From positions 1 to 59,151 of the forward strand of contig DASUEK010000060.1 of assembly GCA_036275115.1 (NCBI GenBank): a DNA stretch of 59,151 nt. Direction: 5' to 3'. The stretch comes from Permianibacter sp. Its GTDB lineage: Bacteria; Pseudomonadota; Gammaproteobacteria; Enterobacterales; Permianibacteraceae. Position 1 is the stretch's first letter, and each line of letters begins with the position of its first letter. Positions 1-10,594 of the stretch are shown here, piece after piece. Below the pieces are notes generated by a model. That model did not search any database. It was not told the DNA's origin and saw nothing but the letters and a program-made list of their open reading frames with translations. The position numbers and the translations under genes are program-made.

Positions 1-34
1 GCCGGACCTTCCTCGAAAAACCGGGCAAATCCGG

Positions 35-1333
35 ATGCAAGTGTTTGAAATCCTTCCTTCCGGCCCGATTCGTGGCCGGGTGCGCGTGCCCGGCTCCAAG
101 TACCAGGCCAACCGCGGCCTGCTTTTGGCTGCGCTGGCCGATGGCGACAGCGAACTGTCACCGGTGCCGGCCAATGATGATATCCGCCGGGTCCAGGACG
201 GCATTGCCGTGCTCGGCGCCGGCGTGCGCGCAGACGGCGACCGGATCTTTGTTCGGGGCGTTGGCGGCAAGCTGCGCGGCGGGCAGATCAACGTCAACGC
301 CAGCGGCACCTTTGCCCGGTTTGTCTCGGCGCTGGCCGGTTTGTCGCAAGAACCGGTGACCATCGACGGCAGTGCCCGGATGCGCGAACGGCCGATGGCC
401 GATCTGTGCGCTGCCTTGCGCTCGCTCGGTGTTACCGTGACCAGCAATCAGGTGACCGATGCGCTACCGCTGACCATACAAGGTCCGCTGCAAGGCGGTG
501 TTTGCGAATTGCCGGGTCATGTCAGCAGCCAGTTTTTGAGTGCGCTGTTGCTGGTGGCGCCATACGCGCTGCGCGATGTCACTATCCGGCTGACCACGCC
601 TTTGGTATCGCGGCCGTTTGTCGAGATGACGCTGGCGATGATGGCCGAATCCGGCGTTGAAGTTGAATCGCATGGTGAAGAATTTACCGTGCGCGCCGGC
701 CAGCGTTATCGCGCCCGTCGCTTTGATCTGGAAGCGGACCCGTGCAGCGCGTCGTACTTTCTCGCCGCGGCGGCCTTGACCGCCGGTGAAATCACCGTCG
801 ACGCGTTCAACATCGAATCGGTGCAAGGCGAAGCGCGCTTGCCGCTGCTGCTCGATCAGATGGGTTGCCTTATCAAACGCACGCCCGATGGCCTGAAATT
901 ATCCGGCCCGGCGCTCGGCCTGCGTGCCATCGATGCCGATATGGGCAATATGCCGGATGTGGTGCAGACGGTCGCGGTGCTGGCGGCATTTGCCAACGGC
1001 GTTTCCCGTTTCCACAATATCGGCCATCTGGCGCACAAGGAATCGAACCGGATTTTTGATACCGCGCTGGAGCTGAAGAAAATGGGAGTCAAAGTCGAAG
1101 CTACCGCTGATGCGCTGATTGTCGAAGGCGGGGAGCCGCATGGTGCGCTGATAGAAACTCACGAAGACCACCGGATGGCGATGAGTTTTGCCATTGCCGG
1201 GCTGGCGATTCCGGGCGTGCGGATTGCGCATCCGGACGTGGTCGGGAAGTCGTTTCCGCAGTATTGGGATACGCTGCGTGGATTGGGCGTGCAGATTGTC
1301 GATAAAGAGTTGACGGGCGAGTCAGGAGGGTAG
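35..1333 (+). CDS. aroA: 3-phosphoshikimate 1-carboxyvinyltransferase (EPSP synthase)
   Basis: VPGSK, MRERP, SSQFLSALL, KESNR and EDHRMAMSF motifs; 432 aa. Confidence 0.96.
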   Translation: MQVFEILPSGPIRGRVRVPGSKYQANRGLLLAALADGDSELSPVPANDDIRRVQDGIAVLGAGVRADGDRIFVRGVGGKLRGGQINVNASGTFARFVSALAGLSQEPVTIDGSARMRERPMADLCAALRSLGVTVTSNQVTDALPLTIQGPLQGGVCELPGHVSSQFLSALLLVAPYALRDVTIRLTTPLVSRPFVEMTLAMMAESGVEVESHGEEFTVRAGQRYRARRFDLEADPCSASYFLAAAALTAGEITVDAFNIESVQGEARLPLLLDQMGCLIKRTPDGLKLSGPALGLRAIDADMGNMPDVVQTVAVLAAFANGVSRFHNIGHLAHKESNRIFDTALELKKMGVKVEATADALIVEGGEPHGALIETHEDHRMAMSFAIAGLAIPGVRIAHPDVVGKSFPQYWDTLRGLGVQIVDKELTGESGG

Positions 1334-1843
1334 ATGCGGCTTTTTGGGGATCAATCTTTATTTGCTTTTGGGGTGCATGAAGATGATCAGGCTGATTTGC
1401 GAAAAGTCGATATTTTTATTGGCGGCCGAAATGTCTGTTGTGATGACAACTGTGTATATCTGCCTCATTTTGCCGCCCGCTTAAAGGACGTTGTTGCCGA
1501 TCATTCAATGAAGGATAACTCTTGGAAGTATGAACGTTACCTAGCTGGGATGACTGTTGAACAAATTCATACCTTCCTGATGAGCACCAGAGATAGCGAG
1601 TCTGAGAATTATGGTTTGGAAGACGACCGGCTTTATCCATACTATCGATTCCTTGACTGGGGTCCGACAACCGACAACTTAACTAGCTTCTTGTTTCCGT
1701 TTGGTAATGAGCTGTATCTGACGTATGAGTTCTGGCGAGATGCTCACAAGCCGAAAGAGGATGTTGGGAGGGTGTTTGGTGTATCGACATCGCAGCATCA
1801 GATTGTAAGTGCCATATCTGACTTTCTGGCTTATTTGAAGTAG
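1334..1843 (+). CDS. hypothetical protein, possibly an orphan immunity-type protein (Imm42-like N-terminus)
   Basis: ATG directly after the aroA stop with AGGAGG upstream; visibly AT-richer than flanks; starts MRLFGDQSLFAF; family call is weak. Confidence 0.6.
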   Translation: MRLFGDQSLFAFGVHEDDQADLRKVDIFIGGRNVCCDDNCVYLPHFAARLKDVVADHSMKDNSWKYERYLAGMTVEQIHTFLMSTRDSESENYGLEDDRLYPYYRFLDWGPTTDNLTSFLFPFGNELYLTYEFWRDAHKPKEDVGRVFGVSTSQHQIVSAISDFLAYLK

Positions 1844-1857
1844 TCGGTTGGCTCTGT

Positions 1858-1887
1858 GGCAGCTCCGCTTCGCTTGAGCTGCCCTAC
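1858..1887 (-). repeat. GTAG-type REP-like palindrome
   Basis: Minus strand reads GTAG-GGCAGCTC-AAGCGAAGCG-GAGCTGCC: GTAG foot plus a perfect 8-bp stem; one copy noticed in the window. Confidence 0.6.
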
Positions 1888-1934
1888 AACGATAAATTAT
1901 TGACTTGCACATTACGCAATGACGAGAGAACTCC

Positions 1935-3026
1935 ATGGCCGGTGACAGTTTTGGCACCCTGTTTCGCATCAGTACCTTTGGTGAATCGCACGGCCCCGGT
2001 GTCGGTGTGATTGTGGAGGGTTGCCCGCCAGGATTGCCGATTACGGCGGCCGAGATTCAGCATGAGCTGGACCGGCGTCGGCCGGGGCAGAGCAAAATCT
2101 CGACCCAGCGCAAGGAACCGGATGCGGTCGAGATTCTGTCCGGCGTGTTGAACGACACCACCACCGGCACGCCGATTGCGCTGCTGATCCGCAATACCGA
2201 TCAGCGCTCGCACGATTACGACGAGATGGCCCAGCTGTATCGGCCCGGCCATGCCGATTTCACCTATCAGCAGAAATACGGCATCCGCGATGTGTCCGGC
2301 GGTGGTCGCAGCTCGGCGCGGACGACCGCGGCAACGGTGGCTGCTGGTGCGATTGCCAAGAAATTGTTGGCAGTGAAGTGGGGCGTGCAGATTCACGCCT
2401 GGGTCAAATCGGTCGGCGCACTGCAGCTGCAAACGCCGGCGGAAGCGGTCGATGTCAGCCAGATTGAATTGAACGATGTTCGTTGCCCGGATCAGGCGTT
2501 GGCCGCGCAGATGCACGCGCTGATTGAGCAAACCCGCAAGGACGGCGATTCACTCGGCGGTGTCGTTGAGTGCATCGCTCGCGGCGTGCCGGTGGGTTGG
2601 GGCGAGCCGATTTTTGATCGGCTGGAAGCGGATCTGGCCAAGGCCATGTTGGCGATCAATGCCAGCAAAGGCTTTGAAATTGGCTCGGGTTTCGGCGGTA
2701 CGCATCTGACCGGCTCACAACACAATGATCCGTTCATCAATGACGGCGGCGTCATCAAAACGCAGGGCAACAACCACGGTGGCGTACTCGGAGGCATCTC
2801 GACTGGTATGCCGGTGGTGTTCCGCGTCGCGTTCAAACCGACCGCGACCGTTGCCAAGTTGCAGCAGTCGGTGGATGTCAACGGGAATGCGGTCGAGTTT
2901 CGCGGCCGTGGCCGTCACGATCCGTGCGTGTTACCGCGCGCGGTGCCGATTGTCGAGGCGATGTCGGCGCTGGTGCTGGCCGACCACGCCTTGCGCCAGC
3001 AGGCGACGACGGTCTTGCGTGGATAA
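1935..3026 (+). CDS. aroC: chorismate synthase
   Basis: [21 protein letters not shown] and RHDPCV signatures. Confidence 0.97.
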   Translation: MAGDSFGTLFRISTFGESHGPGVGVIVEGCPPGLPITAAEIQHELDRRRPGQSKISTQRKEPDAVEILSGVLNDTTTGTPIALLIRNTDQRSHDYDEMAQLYRPGHADFTYQQKYGIRDVSGGGRSSARTTAATVAAGAIAKKLLAVKWGVQIHAWVKSVGALQLQTPAEAVDVSQIELNDVRCPDQALAAQMHALIEQTRKDGDSLGGVVECIARGVPVGWGEPIFDRLEADLAKAMLAINASKGFEIGSGFGGTHLTGSQHNDPFINDGGVIKTQGNNHGGVLGGISTGMPVVFRVAFKPTATVAKLQQSVDVNGNAVEFRGRGRHDPCVLPRAVPIVEAMSALVLADHALRQQATTVLRG

Positions 3027-3057
3027 AAAAACGGCAACGGGATCGCTCCTGTTGCCG
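3025..3057 (-). terminator. rho-independent terminator, probably for the MCP gene
   Basis: A-run, then stem CGGCAACGGGA/TCCTGTTGCCG, between convergent aroC and MCP. Confidence 0.55.
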
Positions 3058-3179
3058 CCAACACATCAGCTTTCTTTCACTGCAGACTGCGTTTTCGCAA
3101 CGGGCGCGGCCGTTGCCGATGTTCCTTCCTGCTGTCGCGGTACGAACCGCTAGCGCTTGCTTGGCAAAATTCCGAACCG

Positions 3180-4703
3180 TTAAACCTTGAATCGCGACAC
3201 CAGCGTGGTCAGCTGTCCCACGACTTCGCGCAATTGCTGTTCCGATTTGGCAGTGATCTCGGACGCTGCCAGCGTGTGTTCATAGGCATTGTGGATACCG
3301 ACCACGTTGCGGTCGATTTCCTGCATGGTCGCGGTTTGCTCTTCGGTTGCGGTGGCGATTTGGGTGTTCATGTCGGCGATGTGGCTGATCGACTCGTTGA
3401 TGGTGGTGAACGAGTTGCCGGCCGCATTGGCGGTGCGCAGGCTCAGGTCAGCGCGTTCGCGGCCCTGCTGCATGGCGCTCACCGCCGAACTGGCCCGCTG
3501 CTGAAGCTGTTCGATCATGTGCTGGATTTCGCCGGTCGATTCCTGGGTGCGCTTGGCGAGCACCCGAACCTCGTCGGCGACCACGGCAAATCCGCGGCCT
3601 TGATCGCCCGCACGCGCCGCTTCAATGGCGGCATTGAGTGCGAGCAGATTGGTCTGTTCGGCGATGTTGCGGATGACATCGAGAATCGCGCCGATGCTTT
3701 GGCTGTGTTGCTGCAGTTCACTGATGACATCGCCAGCGCGGCCGACTTCTTCGGCGAGGCGCTGGGTCGAGGCATTGGCTTCACCGACCCGGCCAAGACC
3801 GGCATTGGCTTCACGCTGGGTTTCCGAGACTTTTTGCGAAGCCTGTGCCGCGCTTTGCGCAACGTGCTGACTGGTGGCGGTCATCTCGTTGAGTGCGGCA
3901 ACCAGGCTGGTCAGCTCCTGCTCTTGCCGGCTCAGCGGTTCGCGCAAATCGGTCAGGGCTTGCCCGGCCAGACTGGCCGAGTCATTGAGCTGCCGGGTCG
4001 CGGCGACCACATCGGTGATGGTGGTGCGGATGCTGCCGATGAAATGGTTCATCGTGCGCGCCAAATCGCCGAGTTCATCGCTGGAGTTGTGTTCGACGCG
4101 CCGGGTCAGATCGCCTTCCCCTTCGGCGATGTCTTTCATCCGGGCGAGAATCGCGTGCAGTGGCCGCGTCACCAGCTTGCCGATCAGGTAGCTGATGCCA
4201 AATTGCAGCACAACCAGCATGACCACCATGCGGATCACGGTGTTGATGATGCCGGCACGCAGTTCACTTTGGATGCGCGAGTCATCAATGTATAGCGTGG
4301 CGGTGCCGACGGCATTTTTCTGGCCGTTTTCTTCCAGTTCCAGCGGGATCTTGACGGTGATGAAGTCGCCGGCCGGGGCTACTTTGATGTCGGCGGGTGC
4401 GTTGCCGTCTTTGCTTTCCAGGCCGAGTACGACCTGGGCGTTGCCGTCGTAGACCAGCACGGCACGAAGATCCGGATTGGCGAGCTCTGCTACGACAAAT
4501 TTACGGGCGGTGTCGACCGCAAAATCCCACAGCGGCTTCGGTAAGCTGGTCGCCAGCCGACCGCTGATATGCTGGCTCTGATTGTCGAGCTCGGTTTGCA
4601 GCCGGGTGCGGGTACTGAGGAAGTCGATGATGCCGAAAACCACCAGTACAACGGTCACCAGTGCGGCGGCGCCATAATTGATCTTACTGCGTAGAGATGC
4701 CAT
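3180..4703 (-). CDS. methyl-accepting chemotaxis protein
   Basis: Two TM segments, HAMP domain, signalling hairpin [34 protein letters not shown]. Confidence 0.96.
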   Translation of the reverse strand: MASLRSKINYGAAALVTVVLVVFGIIDFLSTRTRLQTELDNQSQHISGRLATSLPKPLWDFAVDTARKFVVAELANPDLRAVLVYDGNAQVVLGLESKDGNAPADIKVAPAGDFITVKIPLELEENGQKNAVGTATLYIDDSRIQSELRAGIINTVIRMVVMLVVLQFGISYLIGKLVTRPLHAILARMKDIAEGEGDLTRRVEHNSSDELGDLARTMNHFIGSIRTTITDVVAATRQLNDSASLAGQALTDLREPLSRQEQELTSLVAALNEMTATSQHVAQSAAQASQKVSETQREANAGLGRVGEANASTQRLAEEVGRAGDVISELQQHSQSIGAILDVIRNIAEQTNLLALNAAIEAARAGDQGRGFAVVADEVRVLAKRTQESTGEIQHMIEQLQQRASSAVSAMQQGRERADLSLRTANAAGNSFTTINESISHIADMNTQIATATEEQTATMQEIDRNVVGIHNAYEHTLAASEITAKSEQQLREVVGQLTTLVSRFKV

Positions 4704-4806
4704 GGCCGGTTCGATTTACCCCTGTTTGGGCAAAGCCTAGTCGGCCATGGGAATTTTGCCAGTCGTAGCGACGGGGCCAGCAGACCGTGCCTGCTGGCAC
4801 AACGGC

Positions 4807-6157
<1,351 letters not shown>

Positions 6158-6273
6158 CTGTTAGACTCCGCCAATTCGCCGGCATTCTAACAGTCCGTCG
6201 GCGGCAATCGCAGCGCGAACAGCGCCGATGCGCATCACGGTAGTGGCAATCAGATCAGGAGCGGTACGGAGTC

Positions 6274-7464
6274 ATGGCAGAACGCGCGCGCTGGTGGTGG
6301 GGATTTTTGCGCTTTGTTGTGCGCCGTTATGTCCACGATCGCTGTCAGGCGGTGGCCGCCAATCTGACCCTGACCAGTTTGCTGGCGTTGGTGCCGTTGC
6401 TGACCGTGATGGTCAGCACCTTCAAATTGCTGCCGGGCATGAAAGGGGCCCGACGCACGCTGGAGGATTTCCTGTTTGAACATTTCGTGCCCGGTGCTGG
6501 CAGCGCGGTCAAAGCGCATGTGCTGGAGTTTGTCGGCCGGGCCGGACAGTTGCAGCTGGCCGGTGCCGTCATTCTGATCATCACGGCACTGATGCTGATG
6601 GGCTCGATCGACCGGGCCGTCAACGGCATCTGGGGCAGCCGGCCGACCCGGCGGCTGGGCAGCAAATGGTTGCTGTACTGGGCCATCCTGACGCTGGGGC
6701 CGTTGCTGATCGGATTGAGCGTCGGCATCAGCTCGTATTTCTTCTCGTTGCCATACATCAAGGAGGCGGCGGGGGCGGCGCGATCATCGCTGACGTTTGT
6801 GCTGCCGCTGACGCTGACCACGCTGGGCTTTTTTGTCTTGTATGCCTGGGTGCCGAATCGTTACGTCAAACCGCGGCATGCCATTTCCGCAGCGCTGGTC
6901 GCGGCCATCCTGTTTGAACTGGCCAAGCGCGGCTTTGGTTTGTTCGTGACCGCGATGCCGACCTACAAAGCCATTTTCGGCGCGCTGGCGGCGCTGCCGA
7001 TACTCGTGATCTGGATGTATCTGTCGTGGTCCATCATGTTGCTGGGCGCCGAGATTTGTCACGCGCTTGGCCATTACCGACCGAGCCACGGCCGCAGCCA
7101 GGATCCGTTCATCGTTGCGGTGTTGCTGTTGCAGGAAGTCCTGGCTGGCCAACGCCGTGGCGTACTGCGCACCAGTGACGATGTCATGCTGGCGGTCGGC
7201 AGCGAAAATGCCGATGATGTTTTGGCCGAGCTGGAGCGACAGGGCTTTATCGGCCGGGTGCGCGAGAACGAACTGTGTTTTGCCCGCGATCCGGACAGCC
7301 TGACGCTGTATCACCTGCAGGCACATCTGCCGTGGCGTTTGCCCGCTGCTGCACTGGTGCGTCAGGCGCTTGGCGCGCAGCATCCATTGGTGGCGCAACT
7401 GGAAACGCTGGATGGCGTGGTCCAGCAAACCTTGGCGGTGCCGATGCGCGAGCTGTTGCGCTGA
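6274..7464 (+). CDS. yihY: YihY/BrkB family inner membrane protein
   Basis: AANLTLTSLLALVP, YWAILTLGP, YKAIFGALAALP and LLGAE; about 6 TM helices. Confidence 0.9.
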   Translation: MAERARWWWGFLRFVVRRYVHDRCQAVAANLTLTSLLALVPLLTVMVSTFKLLPGMKGARRTLEDFLFEHFVPGAGSAVKAHVLEFVGRAGQLQLAGAVILIITALMLMGSIDRAVNGIWGSRPTRRLGSKWLLYWAILTLGPLLIGLSVGISSYFFSLPYIKEAAGAARSSLTFVLPLTLTTLGFFVLYAWVPNRYVKPRHAISAALVAAILFELAKRGFGLFVTAMPTYKAIFGALAALPILVIWMYLSWSIMLLGAEICHALGHYRPSHGRSQDPFIVAVLLLQEVLAGQRRGVLRTSDDVMLAVGSENADDVLAELERQGFIGRVRENELCFARDPDSLTLYHLQAHLPWRLPAAALVRQALGAQHPLVAQLETLDGVVQQTLAVPMRELLR

Positions 7465-7513
7465 CGAGTCCTTGTGCGGACTGGCGTCAACGGCGAAGGA
7501 GCCGCCATCAACG

Positions 7514-7555
7514 CACCAATAAAAAACCGACCGCATGGTCGGTTTTTTATTGGTG
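7514..7555. terminator. bidirectional rho-independent terminator
   Basis: Perfect inverted repeat CACCAATAAAAAACCGACC-gcat-GGTCGGTTTTTTATTGGTG between convergent genes. Confidence 0.9.
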
Positions 7556-7577
7556 GGCCACCGCGGCGATGGACGCC

Positions 7578-9275
7578 TCAGTGATCACCGGGCAGTGGCA
7601 CGTTGTCGAGTGTGATGCGCTCGTCGTCCTCGCTGCCGCGCACCGGTTCCGGCTCTTCTTCGTAAACATAAACCTGATAGAAGAAACGCTCGACCAGCGG
7701 CGTTGCTTCCACCCGCATCCGCGCCCGCACTGACAGCGATTCGACGCCGATGCTCAGCACCAACGGCCGGCCGTCCTGATACAGGCCGCGCTGGGCGACC
7801 ACGGTCGGGCTCGACAGGCCGTGCATTTCTTCACCGGAGACCAGCAAGGCCGGCTGTTCGCTGGTTTCGATCCGGTTGCCTTTGCGGGCCCGGATCTGAA
7901 TGGCCTGCACGTCGCCCTTGATGAATTGCAGGCCGAGCATGGTGCCCTTGCGCTTGTCGCCGCGCAGCCAGCGGACCACGCCGAGCTGCCAACGCGGGCT
8001 GGGTTGGCCATCGACATACTCGCGCATGGCGGCCAGCTGGCCGATGCGCAGGTTGTCGACCGAATGATGATGCTGGCCGATGCAGACACCGCCATCGGAG
8101 GCATTGATGGCGTCCCAGCGTAGCGGCCCGGCCTTGTCGCCGAGCAAGCGGCTCAGCTGATCGCGGTCAGCGCGGCGGGCATCCGGGTTGGCGTGCGGCG
8201 ACAGCGGGTCCTGCCAGGTCAGCACCTGATGGATGGCGGGTAGGCCCCAGACCACGTCCAGCTGGTTGATGATGGCGAAACGCGGTGTGTGGCGCTCGAC
8301 CCGAAAATCCCAGTGCGAGGACATCCGCTGCAGCAGGTTCAGCGCTTCGTTGGCCGCGAGGCCCGGATAAAAGCCGGGGCTCGGCAGCTGATGCTCTTGC
8401 TCCAGCAGCTCGATCATCCGGCTGATCTTCAAGGTCAGTTCGTGGGTGATCAGCAGCCGGATGTTCGGATCTTCGGTGTCTTCCAGTGCGTTGACGCCGT
8501 AGCGCGGCTTGCTCTCGCTGGCCAGATCGATGACAAAACAGCTGCGCTTGCTGAAGTCGTCCGGGTTGTCACTGATGTCGGCCAGGGCGCCCCAGTGGGC
8601 GAGGAATTTGTTCATTTCCCAATGCTCGCCGCGATCCATCTGATACGGGTTGGCGAGGGCAATCAGGCAGGCGCGGACGTAGCTGTCTTCGGCGGTGGCG
8701 AGGCAGTGCTTGTAGTTTTCCGGCATGGCCTCCAATTGGTGCAGCTTGTTCTTGGCGGCATAGGCGTAGAGCATGTTGAGCTCACGCCAGATGTAAACCG
8801 GAACCGGCGAATAGGCCTCGTAATGTTCGAGCAGGATAAGGCTGAGGTAGTGCAGGGCCAGGTTGATGGCGCGTGCCAGCGGTTTGTCCTTGCTCCAGAA
8901 ACTGCGCTTGCCGATGATGCCGACGACCAGCATCTTGTAGGCGAACGACATTTCCCGGGTCAGCAGTTGCAGCTCTTCGCTTTCGGCGCGGCCGGCAAAC
9001 TGTTGGCCACGCGGTCGCAACACGATGCGCGGGCGGTAGTAATCGCTGATGAGCTCATAGGTATGGTCGAACAACTCGACCAGTTCCGCCCGCTTGTCGA
9101 CCGCCATGTCGGTTCGGTTCAGGCTGGCCAGCGCTTGCGCCACTTGCGGGACGGTGCGCTTCATGTCGCCGTAGGGCAGGGCTTCCAGCCAGTGCTTCAG
9201 GGCATCCGGGCGGGTTTCCACCAACAGGTGCTGGCCCTGTTGCTGGGTCGGAAAAGTCAGGCGCAAAGCGTCCAT
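7578..9275 (-). CDS. FimW-like c-di-GMP receptor (PilZ-type domain)
   Basis: 565 aa; RxxxR (RHTPR) and NxSxxG (NASDGG) motifs; LIALANPYQM and WQLGVVRW segments typical of the family. Confidence 0.65.
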   Translation of the reverse strand: MDALRLTFPTQQQGQHLLVETRPDALKHWLEALPYGDMKRTVPQVAQALASLNRTDMAVDKRAELVELFDHTYELISDYYRPRIVLRPRGQQFAGRAESEELQLLTREMSFAYKMLVVGIIGKRSFWSKDKPLARAINLALHYLSLILLEHYEAYSPVPVYIWRELNMLYAYAAKNKLHQLEAMPENYKHCLATAEDSYVRACLIALANPYQMDRGEHWEMNKFLAHWGALADISDNPDDFSKRSCFVIDLASESKPRYGVNALEDTEDPNIRLLITHELTLKISRMIELLEQEHQLPSPGFYPGLAANEALNLLQRMSSHWDFRVERHTPRFAIINQLDVVWGLPAIHQVLTWQDPLSPHANPDARRADRDQLSRLLGDKAGPLRWDAINASDGGVCIGQHHHSVDNLRIGQLAAMREYVDGQPSPRWQLGVVRWLRGDKRKGTMLGLQFIKGDVQAIQIRARKGNRIETSEQPALLVSGEEMHGLSSPTVVAQRGLYQDGRPLVLSIGVESLSVRARMRVEATPLVERFFYQVYVYEEEPEPVRGSEDDERITLDNVPLPGDH

Positions 9276-9446
9276 GGGTAATCAATTCACTCCGTTGACG
9301 TCATCCGTGACGGGCGGGCCGGGGTGGTGGCAGCGGGCAGCAATTTGGGAAAGTGCCAGCGGGCTACGACCGGCTGCGCTACTTTACGGACTGACCCACC
9401 GATTTACAATGTGCCGAACTGCCATCAAGAGATTGACAAGTTTAGT

Positions 9447-9908
9447 ATGTTCAAGCGCTTAGCGTGGGTCTGCACGATCGTGGTCGGGTTGCTTGGTTGC
9501 CCGGCCGAACCGGATTTCCATTTGTTGGATGGCAGCGAGCATCGCTTGGCTGATTTTCGGGGGCGTTGGCTGGTGGTGAATTACTGGGCGGAATGGTGCG
9601 AGCCATGCCGACGTGAGCTGCCCGAGCTGGCGCGCTTCGCTGCAGAACATGCAGATGAAGTGACTGTTCTGGGCATCAATTTTGATGCACCCGCGCTGGC
9701 CGAATTGAAAGCGCAGGTCGCTCGTTTGCAGGTGCCGATCTCGGTCATTGCCAGTGAGCCGGTGCCGCGGTTACCGTTCAGTCGGCCGACTGGTTTGCCG
9801 GCGACGTGGTTGGTCGACCCGGACGGCCGGGTGCATGGCCCGCTGCTCGGGCCGCAAACGGAAGCCAGCTTGCAGGTGGCGTTGCGCAAAATTGATCCAA
9901 CGTTCTGA
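9447..9908 (+). CDS. TlpA-family thiol:disulfide oxidoreductase (lipoprotein)
   Basis: VNYWAEWCEPCRRELP active site, GLPAT cis-Pro motif, lipobox LLGC. Confidence 0.9.
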   Translation: MFKRLAWVCTIVVGLLGCPAEPDFHLLDGSEHRLADFRGRWLVVNYWAEWCEPCRRELPELARFAAEHADEVTVLGINFDAPALAELKAQVARLQVPISVIASEPVPRLPFSRPTGLPATWLVDPDGRVHGPLLGPQTEASLQVALRKIDPTF

Positions 9909-10048
9909 CGGATGCCGAGCCGTTGGTTTGTGACAGTCGCCCAGAAATTTGTGCGCCACGTCCAGCCAGCCGTGTCCGCAAGCGGACATAATCCGCATAC
10001 TACACGGTGCCTGTGTCACAGTTGACGCAAGGGCCAAGGAGAGAAGGC

Positions 10049-10594
10049 GTGTTCGAAAGTGGTTTGCGGTTGACCGGCACCCGTTTGGCCGGCGTGGTTT
10101 TGGCCGTTTTGGTGTTGTTCGGACTGGCCGGGCCGGTGTTGGCCCAAGACAGTGCCGCGGCAACGGATGAGCTGGAAGCGCTGAAGAAAGAAGTACTGCA
10201 GCTCAATCGCGATCTGTTCATTCTCGAAGAAGATCTGCTGTTTCCCGCCTCGACCCAGGTTGCCGTGTTCGTCTCGCTCGACGTCGGTCAGTTTTTCCGC
10301 CCGGATGCGGTCAAACTCAGCATTGATGGTGACGAGCTCAGCCATTACCTCTACACCGAGCGTGATTTGGATGCGCTGCGCCGTGGCGGCGTCCACCGTC
10401 TGTACGTTGGCAACCTGACGGCCGGCGAGCATGAACTGGTCGCCGTGTTTACCGGTTACGGCCCGGAAAAGCGCGAGTTCACCCGCGCCACGTCGCTGCG
10501 TTTTGTCAAGGAAACCGGCGCCAAGTTTGTCGAACTGCGCATCAGCGATGATGCCGCCAAACAGCAAGCCAACTTCACCGTTCGCGAATGGTAA
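10049..10594 (+). CDS. exported conserved protein, first gene of the TPR/ExbBD operon
   Basis: GTG after AAGGAG; signal peptide (VLA-QD); coiled coil then beta-rich domain; no HTH visible. Confidence 0.75.
   Translation: MFESGLRLTGTRLAGVVLAVLVLFGLAGPVLAQDSAAATDELEALKKEVLQLNRDLFILEEDLLFPASTQVAVFVSLDVGQFFRPDAVKLSIDGDELSHYLYTERDLDALRRGGVHRLYVGNLTAGEHELVAVFTGYGPEKREFTRATSLRFVKETGAKFVELRISDDAAKQQANFTVREW

Noticed and set aside
10049-10594. Transcription regulator heading the TPR operon
   Set aside because: Has a signal peptide and no HTH
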